Program-made: the position numbers and the translations under genes
Part shown: one piece after another, positions 19,201-28,501 of the stretch
Position numbering within the stretch: the first letter of the stretch is position 1
Layout: each line of letters opens with the position of its first letter
NCBI GenBank assembly: GCA_946491735.1
Contig: CAMLYK010000003.1
Coordinates: forward strand, 1 to 51,705
Source of the DNA: an uncultured Clostridia bacterium
GTDB lineage: Bacteria > Bacillota > Clostridia > Christensenellales > UBA1242
DNA length: 51,705 bases
Reading direction: 5' to 3'
Notes under the pieces: generated by a model
What the model saw: the letters and a program-made list of their open reading frames with translations, nothing else
Databases searched by the model: none
What the model was told of the DNA's origin: nothing

Positions 19201-21339
19201 ACTGTCATTTGCCACTTGAATAGAATATCTAAAGACAATATTGTTCTGCTCATCCTCTAAGATTGATTGTATATACTCGCTAGCAGATTGCTCGTAATCG
19301 TTTTGCAGTTGAAGCATGTATATTGATGTACCGACATTGACCGCACCTTCTCTTATTCTGACAGCATTTACGAACTGATCACCCTGAATATATCCAACCA
19401 ACACATATTCGTTGTTCAACGCGTCGGTAAAAATCATACCTTCAACAACATCAATATCGTAAATTCCATCGGCTTCTCTTGGCGTGATGAATACACATGC
19501 ATCATAACTACCATTAGTAATGTTGATAATATCATCAAATTCCAATTCTGGATAAACGGTGGTGAAAATCATCTCATTATTTCTGACATAATTTACTTCA
19601 AGATCATGCGTGCGGTTTTCATCAACAAAACTGAACGTCAAATCAATTGGAGTAACGGATACTCCAGCATATGCAAAATATGCCCCACCACTGTTATTTA
19701 CGACCAAAATACCCAAGACTAAGCTTTCTGTCTCGCTAAGTTCAACAACGTTTTTAGCGACTATATTCCATGATTTAGTTTCTCCACTATTTATTGAAGT
19801 TGCGGTATAATCGAACGTATTTGCATAGTTGTATAAACCTGATTGAGTATTATAAATATAAAATTGTAGATAACTACCACTTCTCAATAACTTTATATTA
19901 TAAGTAGCATCTGCATTGCTCTGCAAGAATGCGGCACCATTGGCACATTCAAAAGTGATTGTATTGCTCTCATAGATACAACTCATCGAATCAATAAGTA
20001 CAGTACTGCTATTCACATATATATTTGATAGCGTATACATGAGTGAAAAGTCATTTAAACCATTTATATTTATAACATTTCTACTTGTGTCAACACTATA
20101 AGTATATGTGTTATTCAACTGTCCGAACCCAGATAACGTTACGCTACCCGAATTGAAAATGATATTTCTCTGCCCGTCATCTGAAACGAAATTGATATTG
20201 ACGTCTGACCAATTGTCCGGATAAGTATTTTCGTCAAGGCTGAAATCTACCTCATTGAAACGGATCGTGGTAGGAACGCCATCTCTTATCATAGACAAGC
20301 CAAGATTGTTGTCATTCGCCCCCTGCACACCTGATTGACCTGAAAGCGTGATATAGTTGTTGTCTGCATAGAGGTTCAAGTTAATACCAGTCGAATTCAT
20401 TGTGACGCTAGAGATATCTGAATTGACCACATTGATAGTAAGCGTAGTATTTACCATTCTAGATATGCGATCAAAATTTGAATCTGTCTGAACATACGAA
20501 CTGTTCAAATAATCCTCTCGTTCTTGATATGTGGCAAAAACTGCAATTTTAAACTCATATGTGCCAGCTGTATCTGCTGAAAAGCTAAACTTCTGATTTT
20601 CATTATTATAACTTAAGAAAGGATAATTCGAATATGTAGAAGTATTAATTGGAACATAATCTGCTTCATTAGGGTCATCATAATACAATTCTACGATCTT
20701 GCCATCTTCTCTACTGATTGGGTCAAGTGAATGATCTGGTGTTGCTTTATAATTGAAATCAAAACTGACATCAACACCCAGTTGCAGTTCTTGTTGACCA
20801 TTATGACTGGTTGATGAGCCATAATCGAGAGAAAGATACGTTACTTTTCTATCAACCCAAATAGTTAGATTGTTACTAGACTGCACCTGACTGCGTGCAT
20901 CTCTACCTTGCAAAACGACTTGCCCGTAAGTAGAACCAGAAAAGTTCGTTTCAGAAACATCATTGACTTTATAGTAAATGTATTCGTTGCATTGAACAAG
21001 ATAACGATTATTTTCTGCTTGCAAAGGGTTGCCATTTTGATCACACAGAGTGATCAAATCTGCTCCAACATTGTTGACAAAATAAATATAACAATCTTTT
21101 TGATTTACTTCATATTCCTCATCGTCTGAAAATCCATTCAAAACGAAAGAATACAATCTATCTTGATTCGAATCACTATAGACAATTGTCTGTTCATCTT
21201 CAATGAATTCAAGGCGATTTGGATATACATCTGGCGTTCTGAATCTTCCCATAAGTGCCATAATACCAAAAACAGCACCAACGAAAACTATGATGCTTGC
21301 CAAAACGATTGCAATAACTTTAAAAATTTTTTTTGTCAT
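10246..21339 (-). CDS. Giant (3697 aa) N-terminally anchored extracellular beta-rich protein
   Basis: 11.1 kb uninterrupted ORF, SD AGGTAGGGG, basic N-terminus plus about 23 aa hydrophobic helix, N/T/S/Y/D-rich, one Big_2-like segment (LSYASNSPSIFDINSSGNVNIAVNKIGSAVLSV). Confidence 0.92.
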   Translation of the reverse strand: MTKKIFKVIAIVLASIIVFVGAVFGIMALMGRFRTPDVYPNRLEFIEDEQTIVYSDSNQDRLYSFVLNGFSDDEEYEVNQKDCYIYFVNNVGADLITLCDQNGNPLQAENNRYLVQCNEYIYYKVNDVSETNFSGSTYGQVVLQGRDARSQVQSSNNLTIWVDRKVTYLSLDYGSSTSHNGQQELQLGVDVSFDFNYKATPDHSLDPISREDGKIVELYYDDPNEADYVPINTSTYSNYPFLSYNNENQKFSFSADTAGTYEFKIAVFATYQEREDYLNSSYVQTDSNFDRISRMVNTTLTINVVNSDISSVTMNSTGINLNLYADNNYITLSGQSGVQGANDNNLGLSMIRDGVPTTIRFNEVDFSLDENTYPDNWSDVNINFVSDDGQRNIIFNSGSVTLSGFGQLNNTYTYSVDTSRNVININGLNDFSLMYTLSNIYVNSSTVLIDSMSCIYESNTITFECANGAAFLQSNADATYNIKLLRSGSYLQFYIYNTQSGLYNYANTFDYTATSINSGETKSWNIVAKNVVELSETESLVLGILVVNNSGGAYFAYAGVSVTPIDLTFSFVDENRTHDLEVNYVRNNEMIFTTVYPELEFDDIINITNGSYDACVFITPREADGIYDIDVVEGMIFTDALNNEYVLVGYIQGDQFVNAVRIREGAVNVGTSIYMLQLQNDYEQSASEYIQSILEDEQNNIVFRYSIQVANDSGEFETKYVNLSWIDGEQVVTSEDVTLNITDFRIENNNLVVTVQGANGNLDYVCEFVSLTRDGQDVCLGNRSQTQTLDPVAEVVNSFISDARRVTINVSYNILTDQINYDYNAFSIDGEEIGGTDAFVNIIDGNIHVVENTDRHTWTLSSNVTNMLQDLYNTGVLDINTGDNMRVYLYSSTDQLMSTNSDAIDFNSLTFTDGNLQLSYSCSSALSNPDSYLRIVFLYNGIEIVSDKIYIESTAATDIYFTYINGTDDSGNNNVYNVQLYDSPETALPTSTLPDFYIRVQIGYDLDANDFTYTYYIVHRDVEIELVDDEIYTKLFNLTSTVTTNELGGFLVNPIINGISHNLSYASNSPSIFDINSSGNVNIAVNKIGSAVLSVSCDDIIRYFAVIIETEEMNLGDSRFNLSFVDGTGEATTDLPSVSLDTFIDYTYNNNGNNVELAINSTNVTLENVSVIQFGGDRDLSVEATSSGFNIVTSDDQTVLEIVGNESGWTFNRISYMYAELIISFDIDVKACETVSFALTFTSSIEINLNSNWSNYYQGTSVFIYEVSETGDTSNEPVFKIKNSMGGTEITAQLAINGEQYMGTINNSEFVFEEVGSYVFTFYYSGRQLDSYTINIVPNVVARINSNFEDITPRFSAGDTHALSDFVTLMSYTTVGKVYGQGSGAIYSETDLEDASVLYSNLSLGLIDNSLISMNSADANFTVAWLENIGEEITENVTVYYRYDVGSVTRNLELLNTDVVLYNRYEISRETQGDNFPDYSDNVYTIMSNISYQSFISILNNADYSLTSIQSNYSDLEFTVDNNTFKLITNLNGVRNDVVLTFTFTYENGGVTRRLIYTTSETDAFAIRLTPLAPDEIDATIYSGASTSVDLLNDLYDLESLLVDLDIDSYLISSMIVTAVDDESLFTNTSFLGSGYIGVTNYGAHAYTSEFNGNSETVNVTYTITYNDGITYTFTRTISIYNRQSVLISSPYQDSTLTGRTSNFVFVGEDAQTDANNLLGVQVQGENVYTITIQTIDGVPYYFEPVNINQTIDMDYDENQSIRRVVIYDQINNNVLSGADFDIELIAYQNNAIIRNYYNSGKIVINEQDNTITFNEDITFASGNYGYFIFKITSESGSVGYYFVYLYNQLFTSYNNVDYTNSFVFNSVGNQSESNYINTENGTFLGYSIDTNFFANNFGANINYSNVDFYLLEADMLEGEFELVDYSTHSKIDEESLPAIDNYTYLKIGMILNSSNTRLYLGNLEVYVLPIYEEVVRQDAEGNAVVLPLINNVETGQYTKTITTDVQEFEIPFTNVNDRIDSGITYGGVWSAEIVEGEDGYTYSTDSISSNGNLIISLNDTTVVFNSYVNNEDLQFSVKYIYTIGDSSNVFVVIVHYTYEQIGIDTNAVSVTVGQFIQSNDDEGVINSYFDNRLDLSTLIGNYNKDLSILNDNSSDIMATIDLAQGTVDVGSDNIITFDNNMGMRYIYDLDNDKHYLEFDQTTSNYTVQFVIQFDDIVDENDAKYTRTITTNVLSGLYVSQPQSGIGQSQDTAMTSTSEGIDNLYLNSTGSRITINSSTNDISGVTRYYVGGLNIYTSKASVLDITFSNDDYINLTENDDGIKIQTVDAEEDVNFVHSAQNQALILYITIRDIDSNTSYQAGGSNRIVNFYVNAIRTYSTILPIYYVKGANHENVINSYIIPNIYNELFNTIDDSNVSDISDTTNTNILNTRRIALVDLSENQITDYDPYNIGFTNPSSPNYINFTTGDNMNMSATEPTLSFTSVDSNRMTNLYISNSAGLTNITYQYQLMSSSEYKDGLDYQIETNSVIGNNEYVAMTITDTTANSSFVYGDTDTVYGQTVMLGEHIASLFDGNNSVFYITNLAIRVEGVNTSNYQVTKLDRVENSNYPDDIVYSIVLTNNNGNSLIITIRLGSGRQLYVGLQREVGYDPFGTLSLTLTMYGDSGNLINVYSGSEFVGRTLEIRFYNYTLESAYSTSYDTIYAGEQVDLSDKISIRSNLPDLSELSLSNAQLVMGTSGNVSSYIITGFERVYISQTNNAIFNYESIGSGDVQRNLIMTKAVGAIANVTLYFRVSDADGYYIGTIQYNFYLRPNFDFRVNGQSMSSGEDEFYTNYILTTNNIGNTGGNTGLNYTENLRVRNNTQNIVYDGTTYSYDLQLQLFTVDGLDEITDVQSIRITEVSNWGTEYVSIDSTNFAINIHKDFTGSLILQLDIDLRENGTYSVLWNINVLGFITLEYPSVNGENNILVQSNGEGFTSGTSVNVISSTSNFADTGIVMSNTHGELNLNPNVTNSFELEGIQVNYVITPFTETINVNSVFENADQINAVDATYNNIFNTNTVSLVLPSVPQSSAPNYDYYNVTYRIEFTYLNQTTAASYVTYKVYNNASISPNAQYTVIDVDNDLINGNYVDMFYFAEVYTDESDNTFTLRLDSNRNIVMDVETSVSAYTGVYSRNDDGTYSSTNGYTIRIETANSAYSIIIMQGVSQVTNYTVTRTLVYDNVYYGTGIQQNEVINRSLFSTEYNSITEFKTFIDSVSSIRLSNMNGFTGSVTSIYFVLEYIENASTASQYANGTFGINLSNPYISTNWTDLNRYDVANNKLFNNELIADLDVMSESNNAIIHIDGYDGTNGFKLTTTNAITAKGQFRVRDMFLANQCNNTSYLNYYVVGVYASSDTPSINWVNNATSYELGSQIGTITVNERTYELYEVTYIGSGDELYNLVTTMYAIASEDDRIVNVDYGGNFQSWFFQVNYMDVDSVLDLNGKFSTYQNDVSGAFTETSFGANGTESLLASLTENSTNDYSNIDINSRTITVTKDTLRVYKNENPNVTLLNLSYTAIYSGVTLTFNVEFQLPLYPFVEITASNTAENLTVSLLGSGSEVGLYIQDAEGQYVELSEENLNLINSIVESSTNYTTLFEQSDGNYTGNIMLNGAMINQYFIDNPNSNQLEILYTLTTGTPLQTQYTLQFRIIVLKPNA

Positions 21340-21438
21340 TTTCCCCTACCTAAACACTTTTGAATAGACAACAATTAATGCAAATGCAGTCATTTATGAA
21401 ACTCATTAGTCTTATTATCTACAAAATATTACAAAATA

Positions 21439-21467
21439 ATTATATATTTTTAAAACAATCATGTCAA
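21439..21467 (-). promoter_or_regulatory. Perfect consensus sigmaA promoter of the giant gene
   Basis: TTGACA-17 nt-TATAAT, about 100 nt upstream of the ATG. Confidence 0.85.
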
Positions 21468-21623
21468 ATAAAACAAAAAGCAAAATAAATTAAAATTTAT
21501 TTAAATTTCCCCAAAATAAAATATTGTAAAAAATGTTAATAAAATAAAAAATGATTAATTTTTTTTCAAAAAAACTAATAAATTAAATAAAAAAATGATA
21601 TTTTTATAATTTTTTTTAATATT

Positions 21624-22409
21624 TTAACTATTTTTTAATGAATTATAAATATTTACAAAATTTTCTACACTAATTTGTTCTGGTCTAACAGATTCAGAAT
21701 AACTATGTTTTTTCAAAACTGATATCAATTTATCTCTTTCAAATTTTGATTTCAGGTTATTAACGAGAATTTTCCTTCTCATTGAAAATGAAAGATGAAT
21801 AAAATCCTTAAAGTCATCAAAATCATCAAATTCGTATTTGTGATGAGGCACCATCTTGCATAATGCACTGTCCACTTTAGGTTGTGGTGTAAAACATTCT
21901 TTTTTTACAATGCGCGGAATTGACACATCGAATATTGACTGCAAAATTACACTTGTGATTCCATATTCTTTTCCTCCATGCAAACTAGCAAATCTCAACG
22001 CCACTTCTTTTTGAACAAGAATAAGTATGCTGTCAAATTTTTCTATATGGTCAATCAGTTTAAAGACAATAGGCGTCGTGATATAATAAGGAATATTTGC
22101 AACAACTTTAGCTTTCCCAACAAATAAGTTTTCAATATCACACTCCATAAAATCAGAAAAATGAAATTCAATATTATTAAATTCTTCATTCAGTTTTTCA
22201 AGAGTGTCAATTAGAGATCTGTCAATTTCAAACGATATTACCTTTTTAGCCGAAAGTGCCAATTCTTTTGTTAGACTACCCGCTCCTGCTCCAATCTCAA
22301 TCACTGTATCATCTTTTTCTACATTGCCATCTGCAACTATCGCTTTTAAAAGATTTTTATCAAAAATGAAATTTTGACCTAAATTTTTCTTGAAATTAAA
22401 ATCCTCCAT
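21624..22409 (-). CDS. rsmA: 16S rRNA adenine dimethyltransferase RsmA/KsgA
   Basis: KKNLGQNF, VIEIGAGAGSLT (SAM binding), VANIPYYITTP, FTPQPKVDSA. Confidence 0.97.
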   Translation of the reverse strand: MEDFNFKKNLGQNFIFDKNLLKAIVADGNVEKDDTVIEIGAGAGSLTKELALSAKKVISFEIDRSLIDTLEKLNEEFNNIEFHFSDFMECDIENLFVGKAKVVANIPYYITTPIVFKLIDHIEKFDSILILVQKEVALRFASLHGGKEYGITSVILQSIFDVSIPRIVKKECFTPQPKVDSALCKMVPHHKYEFDDFDDFKDFIHLSFSMRRKILVNNLKSKFERDKLISVLKKHSYSESVRPEQISVENFVNIYNSLKNS

Positions 22410-22697
22410 TTTATTCTCCTCTTGACAAAATATGATAATTGTGATAGATTAAATATATACAAAAGATTTATTGAAACACTCATGACAAAACGGCAGTTCG
22501 CCGTTTATTTTTATTACCATAATCAATACAAAAATCATATATAATTATATTTTTTTCAAAAAATTATTAAAATTTTATGAATTTTTATAGCAATTACATG
22601 TATTTTCATATAAATTTGAAAAATTTTAACATAAAATTAGATCTTTGTCAAATTATTATATCTTCATTTGAAAACACAACAGGATTTAAAATTTAGT

Positions 22698-22726
22698 TGA
22701 CAAATAAATGAAATTATGTTATCTTA
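22698..22726 (+). promoter_or_regulatory. sigmaA promoter of T-box/valS
   Basis: TTGACA-17 nt-TGnTATCTT. Confidence 0.75.
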
Positions 22727-22729
22727 AAT

Positions 22730-22975
22730 GCGAGAAACGTTATATAAGTTTGAGGAGTAACTAAAAAACGCCTTGCAGAGAAAATTGCCATAGGCTGAAA
22801 GCAATTTAGGAAAGTTTTTAGTGAAGGTAGCAAACAAGTTCGGATGAAGAAGAATAGTAGAACATCCGCGTAGCTGAAATGATACGTCAGTTCAAAAATG
22901 AGGAGCTTCCTGCTCGAAGTAAGGTGGTACCACGAATAAAATTCGTCCTTGCATTTTTGCAAGATTTTTTTATTT
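22730..22975 (+). ncRNA. T-box riboswitch (Val)
   Basis: Stem I with AGAGA and GCTGAAA motifs, specifier loop GAAG-GTA-G (Val codon GTA, 22827-22829), T-box AAGGTGGTACCACG (22921-22934), terminator CTTGCA..TGCAAG plus U tract, upstream of valS. Confidence 0.93.
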
Positions 22976-22987
22976 TAAGGAGATTTT

Positions 22988-25615
22988 ATGTTAGACAAAT
23001 CATATGAGCCACAGAACAAAGAAAATGCCATTTACAAAAAATGGGAAGAAAATTCCTGTTTTAAACCCGCTTCTGATTTGAATAAAGAATCAAATAAAGA
23101 GAATTTTACAATAATAATGCCTCCACCAAATATCACTGGGCAGCTTCATATCGGACATGCGTTGAACAATACAACGCAAGATTTTTTAATTAGATACAAA
23201 CGAATGAAGGGATACAATACCCTATGGATACCCGGCACAGATCATGCGTCAATCGCTACCGAAGTAAAGATAATAGATGCCTTGAAAAAAGAAGGACTTT
23301 CAAAAGAAAAATTAGGTAGAGAAGAATTTTTGAAACGAGCATGGCAATGGAATGAAAAATACGGTGGTCGAATCAAACTACAGTTAAAATCACTCGGATG
23401 CAGTTGTGATTGGGATAGATGTGCATTTACTATGGACGACCAAAGACAAAAGTCTGTTCTTCACGTATTCAAGCAACTTTATGACGAGGGATACATTTAT
23501 CGTGGCGAAAAATTAATAAACTGGTGCCCTACTTGTAAAACCGCACTATCAGATGCAGAAGTTGAACATGTGGACGAAAACTCTAATTTATGGTATATAA
23601 GATATCCTTATGCAGACAAAAGTGGACACTTAGTAGTCGCAACCACTCGTCCTGAAACAATTTTTGGCGATGTGTGCGTTGCTGTAAATCCAAATGACGA
23701 AAGATACAAAGATAAAATAGGAAAAGAGGTGACACTTCCTATTATAAATAAAAAAATACCAATCATTTCAGATGATTATGTTGAAAAAGATTTTGGTACA
23801 GGTGTAGTTAAAATCACTCCTGCACATGATTTTAACGACTATGAGGTAGGAAAAAGACATGGCTTTGAACCAATCAAGATCATGAACTTGGACGGTACAA
23901 TGAATGAATGTTGTGCTAAATATGCAAATCTAGATAGGTACCAATGCAGAAAAGAATTGATTGAGGATTTGAAATCACTAGATTTGATAGAAAAAATCGA
24001 GCCATACGTCCTTCCAAAAGCAACTTGCTATAGATGTCATAATGCAGTTGAACCAATGATGAGCAAACAATGGTTTATGGACATGCAAGAAATGGCAAAA
24101 TTAGGTCTAGACGCAGTTGATAACAATGAACTTGAAATCGTTCCAAATCGTGTGCAAAAAATTTATAGAAACTGGCTAGAAAACATCAAAGATTGGTGCA
24201 TCTCAAGGCAATTGTGGTGGGGTCATAGAATTCCTGCGTTCTATTGCAAAGATTGTGGCAATACAATGGTTGAATTGAAAAAACCTGAAACTTGTACTAA
24301 ATGCGGGAGTTCAAATATCGAACAAGATCCTGATGTCTTAGACACATGGTTTAGTTCTGCATTATGGCCTTTTTCAACACTAGGTTATCCTGATGATACA
24401 AAAGATTTGAAGACTTTCTTCCCTACTTCAATATTGGTCACAGCGCAAGATATAATCTTCTTCTGGGTAGCAAGAATGGTAATGTTGTCAAAAAAAATCA
24501 TGGGCAAAACACCATTTAGCAAAGTATTGATCAATGGTATAGTTCGAGACGATGAGGGAAAAAAGATGAGCAAATCATCTAATAACGGGGTTGATCCTAT
24601 TGAGATAATCGAAAAATATGGAGCGGATTCATTACGACTTTCATTGATGTTCGGAAATGGTACAGGAAATGATTTTAGATTCAGCGAAGAAAAAATATTG
24701 GAAGATAGAAAGTTTATCAATAAAGTTTTCAATTCTGGCAAATTTTTAGAACTAGTATTGAGTCAAACATATGAAACAAAACTTGATGTTACAAAATTAA
24801 ACATTTTCGATAAATGGATATATACAAAATTATCTGAAGCTATAGAAGAAATAAATAAATTCATTGACAGTTTAGACGTCTGTCAAGCAGTGAACAAAAT
24901 GTATTCATTCGTGTGGGATGAGTTTTGTAATTATTATTTGGAATTTTTAAAACCATATGTGTACAGCGACGATCAAAATACTAGAGCTAATGCATGTGCA
25001 ATCTTAAAAGATGTCTACTTAAATATTTTGAAACTATTACATCCTATTATACCATTTATTACAGAAGACATTTATTCTAATTTCACTCATCAATTTTTGA
25101 TAAATCAAAACTATGCCACATCAATCGGAACATTTGAAAAAGAATCTAAAGATGTTGAAAAGATTATATCCTTAATTCAAAAGATTCGAGAAGTAAGACT
25201 CAGTTATAATGTCGCACCTTCAAAACGTATAACACTAGTTGTTGACAAAAGTAACATATCAAAAGATAGTTTAAATATTGTCAACGAATCAAAACTGGTT
25301 TTATCAAAAATGACCAATATCGAAAAGATCGATTTATTAGACAATATTGATGATGATTCAATAAAATTTGTATCCGAACTAGGTGAATTTTATTTCTACA
25401 AAAATGAAGTGGTTGACACCGAAAAAGAACGTGAAAAAATCAATAAAGATATTGAAAAAATTATTGCAGAAATTAAAATATTAGAAAGTAGAATTTTAAA
25501 TCCAAATTTTGTATCTCGTGCACCACAACAATTGGTAGAAAAAGAAAAATCAAGATATGAATATTTATTAAATAGTAAAAATTCACTTGAAGAAAAATTA
25601 AAAAATTTAAAATAA
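22988..25615 (+). CDS. valS: Valine--tRNA ligase
   Basis: PPPNITGQLHIGH (HIGH), ATTRPET, DWCISRQLWWGH, KMSKS, C-terminal coiled coil. Confidence 0.98.
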   Translation: MLDKSYEPQNKENAIYKKWEENSCFKPASDLNKESNKENFTIIMPPPNITGQLHIGHALNNTTQDFLIRYKRMKGYNTLWIPGTDHASIATEVKIIDALKKEGLSKEKLGREEFLKRAWQWNEKYGGRIKLQLKSLGCSCDWDRCAFTMDDQRQKSVLHVFKQLYDEGYIYRGEKLINWCPTCKTALSDAEVEHVDENSNLWYIRYPYADKSGHLVVATTRPETIFGDVCVAVNPNDERYKDKIGKEVTLPIINKKIPIISDDYVEKDFGTGVVKITPAHDFNDYEVGKRHGFEPIKIMNLDGTMNECCAKYANLDRYQCRKELIEDLKSLDLIEKIEPYVLPKATCYRCHNAVEPMMSKQWFMDMQEMAKLGLDAVDNNELEIVPNRVQKIYRNWLENIKDWCISRQLWWGHRIPAFYCKDCGNTMVELKKPETCTKCGSSNIEQDPDVLDTWFSSALWPFSTLGYPDDTKDLKTFFPTSILVTAQDIIFFWVARMVMLSKKIMGKTPFSKVLINGIVRDDEGKKMSKSSNNGVDPIEIIEKYGADSLRLSLMFGNGTGNDFRFSEEKILEDRKFINKVFNSGKFLELVLSQTYETKLDVTKLNIFDKWIYTKLSEAIEEINKFIDSLDVCQAVNKMYSFVWDEFCNYYLEFLKPYVYSDDQNTRANACAILKDVYLNILKLLHPIIPFITEDIYSNFTHQFLINQNYATSIGTFEKESKDVEKIISLIQKIREVRLSYNVAPSKRITLVVDKSNISKDSLNIVNESKLVLSKMTNIEKIDLLDNIDDDSIKFVSELGEFYFYKNEVVDTEKEREKINKDIEKIIAEIKILESRILNPNFVSRAPQQLVEKEKSRYEYLLNSKNSLEEKLKNLK

Positions 25616-25620
25616 AAAAT

Positions 25621-25650
25621 AAAAATGTGTGAAATTTCACACATTTTTTT
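25621..25650. terminator. Bidirectional terminator between valS and groEL
   Basis: AAAAATGTGTGAAATTTCACACATTTTT palindrome between convergent genes. Confidence 0.8.
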
Positions 25651-25715
25651 GATTTTTTTGTTATTTTTATTTTTTTCTATTATTTTTTTGTTTATATTAA
25701 TTATTTTTTGTTTTT

Positions 25716-27604
<1,889 letters not shown>

Positions 27605-27698
27605 TTTTCCTCCTTGCTCAATTATACGCGCACATGTCAATATTTTTTCGCGTAACTGACACTTTTCATAAAATTTGATATTTAATAATAAAATAAGT

Positions 27699-28442
27699 AT
27701 GCAATCTTACAATTTTGATTATAACCAATATAGAAAAAAGATAAACACACCAAAAAAATCAAGTCTAAGCATATTGTGCTTTTTAATACTGATATGTTTG
27801 GGACTGGCAATGTTTTTATATCCAAATACAATAAAAAAAGATGAATATTATTTCGTTGAAATCAATTCGTTTCTAACCTACAATGAAGCGAGCAATCTGG
27901 CAAATAATATAAGCGCAATGAATGGTGCTGGATATGTTTACTATGATGGAAAATATCGAGTGTTTGCTGCATTCTACCCAACAAAAGAAGATGCTGAAAA
28001 GGTATGTGAAAATTTGATATCAAATTATCCAACCTGTTCAGTATATACCTTAAAGTGTGACAGATTTTACAAATTAAACACTCTTACAGATAATCAAAAT
28101 AAAAGCATTGAAGACTTACTAAAAGCCAATGTAAATCTAATGAATGAAGTATATAAATGCATTATAAATTTTGACACAAATGAAATTAATATAAATAGAT
28201 TGTTTTTAAACTTGGAAAGTATACGATCTGATTATAAAAGGTATAGTGATGCTTTTTTTAACCAATTCAACACGAACACAAAATACAACAAAGCAAAAAA
28301 GTATGTTGCAAAAATTGTAGAGTTCACTGATTATTTTGAACAGCTTAAAGAGGAAGAAAACGAGCAAACTATTTCTCAAAAATTAAAATATAAACTTGTA
28401 AAAATGGTCATAGACCATTCATCATTATTAGATTCATTTTAA
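27699..28442 (+). CDS. Membrane-anchored protein with a SPOR-like domain
   Basis: TM helix followed by YFVEINSF...EASNLA...GAGYV...YRVFAAFYPTKEDAEKV, a SPOR-like pattern; start moved to ATG 27699. Confidence 0.65.
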   Translation: MQSYNFDYNQYRKKINTPKKSSLSILCFLILICLGLAMFLYPNTIKKDEYYFVEINSFLTYNEASNLANNISAMNGAGYVYYDGKYRVFAAFYPTKEDAEKVCENLISNYPTCSVYTLKCDRFYKLNTLTDNQNKSIEDLLKANVNLMNEVYKCIINFDTNEININRLFLNLESIRSDYKRYSDAFFNQFNTNTKYNKAKKYVAKIVEFTDYFEQLKEEENEQTISQKLKYKLVKMVIDHSSLLDSF

Positions 28443-28501
28443 TCTTTGTTGTTTAAAAATTTAAAATAATGCTTTATAAATATTGCTTTAATTTCAAAAA
28501 T

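Noticed and set aside
10246-21339. Giant ORF as an RTX/Rhs/CDI toxin, NRPS/PKS or DGR target
   Set aside because: No GGxGxD, YD or FHA repeats, no adenylation/KS motifs, no adjacent immunity, transporter or reverse transcriptase gene, and no duplicated TR/VR segment noticed
22556-22609. 17-codon minus-strand ORF MKIHVIAIKIHKILIIF as a ksgA leader peptide
   Set aside because: No SD, 13 nt from the -10 box, and expected by chance in very AT-rich DNA
22714-22962. 82 aa minus-strand ORF
   Set aside because: Lies antisense to the Val T-box leader, which fully explains the sequence
25651-25715. Poly-T-rich low-complexity tract after groEL (similar A/T tracts at 21480-21620)
   Set aside because: Ordinary AT-rich spacer with no defined repeat unit
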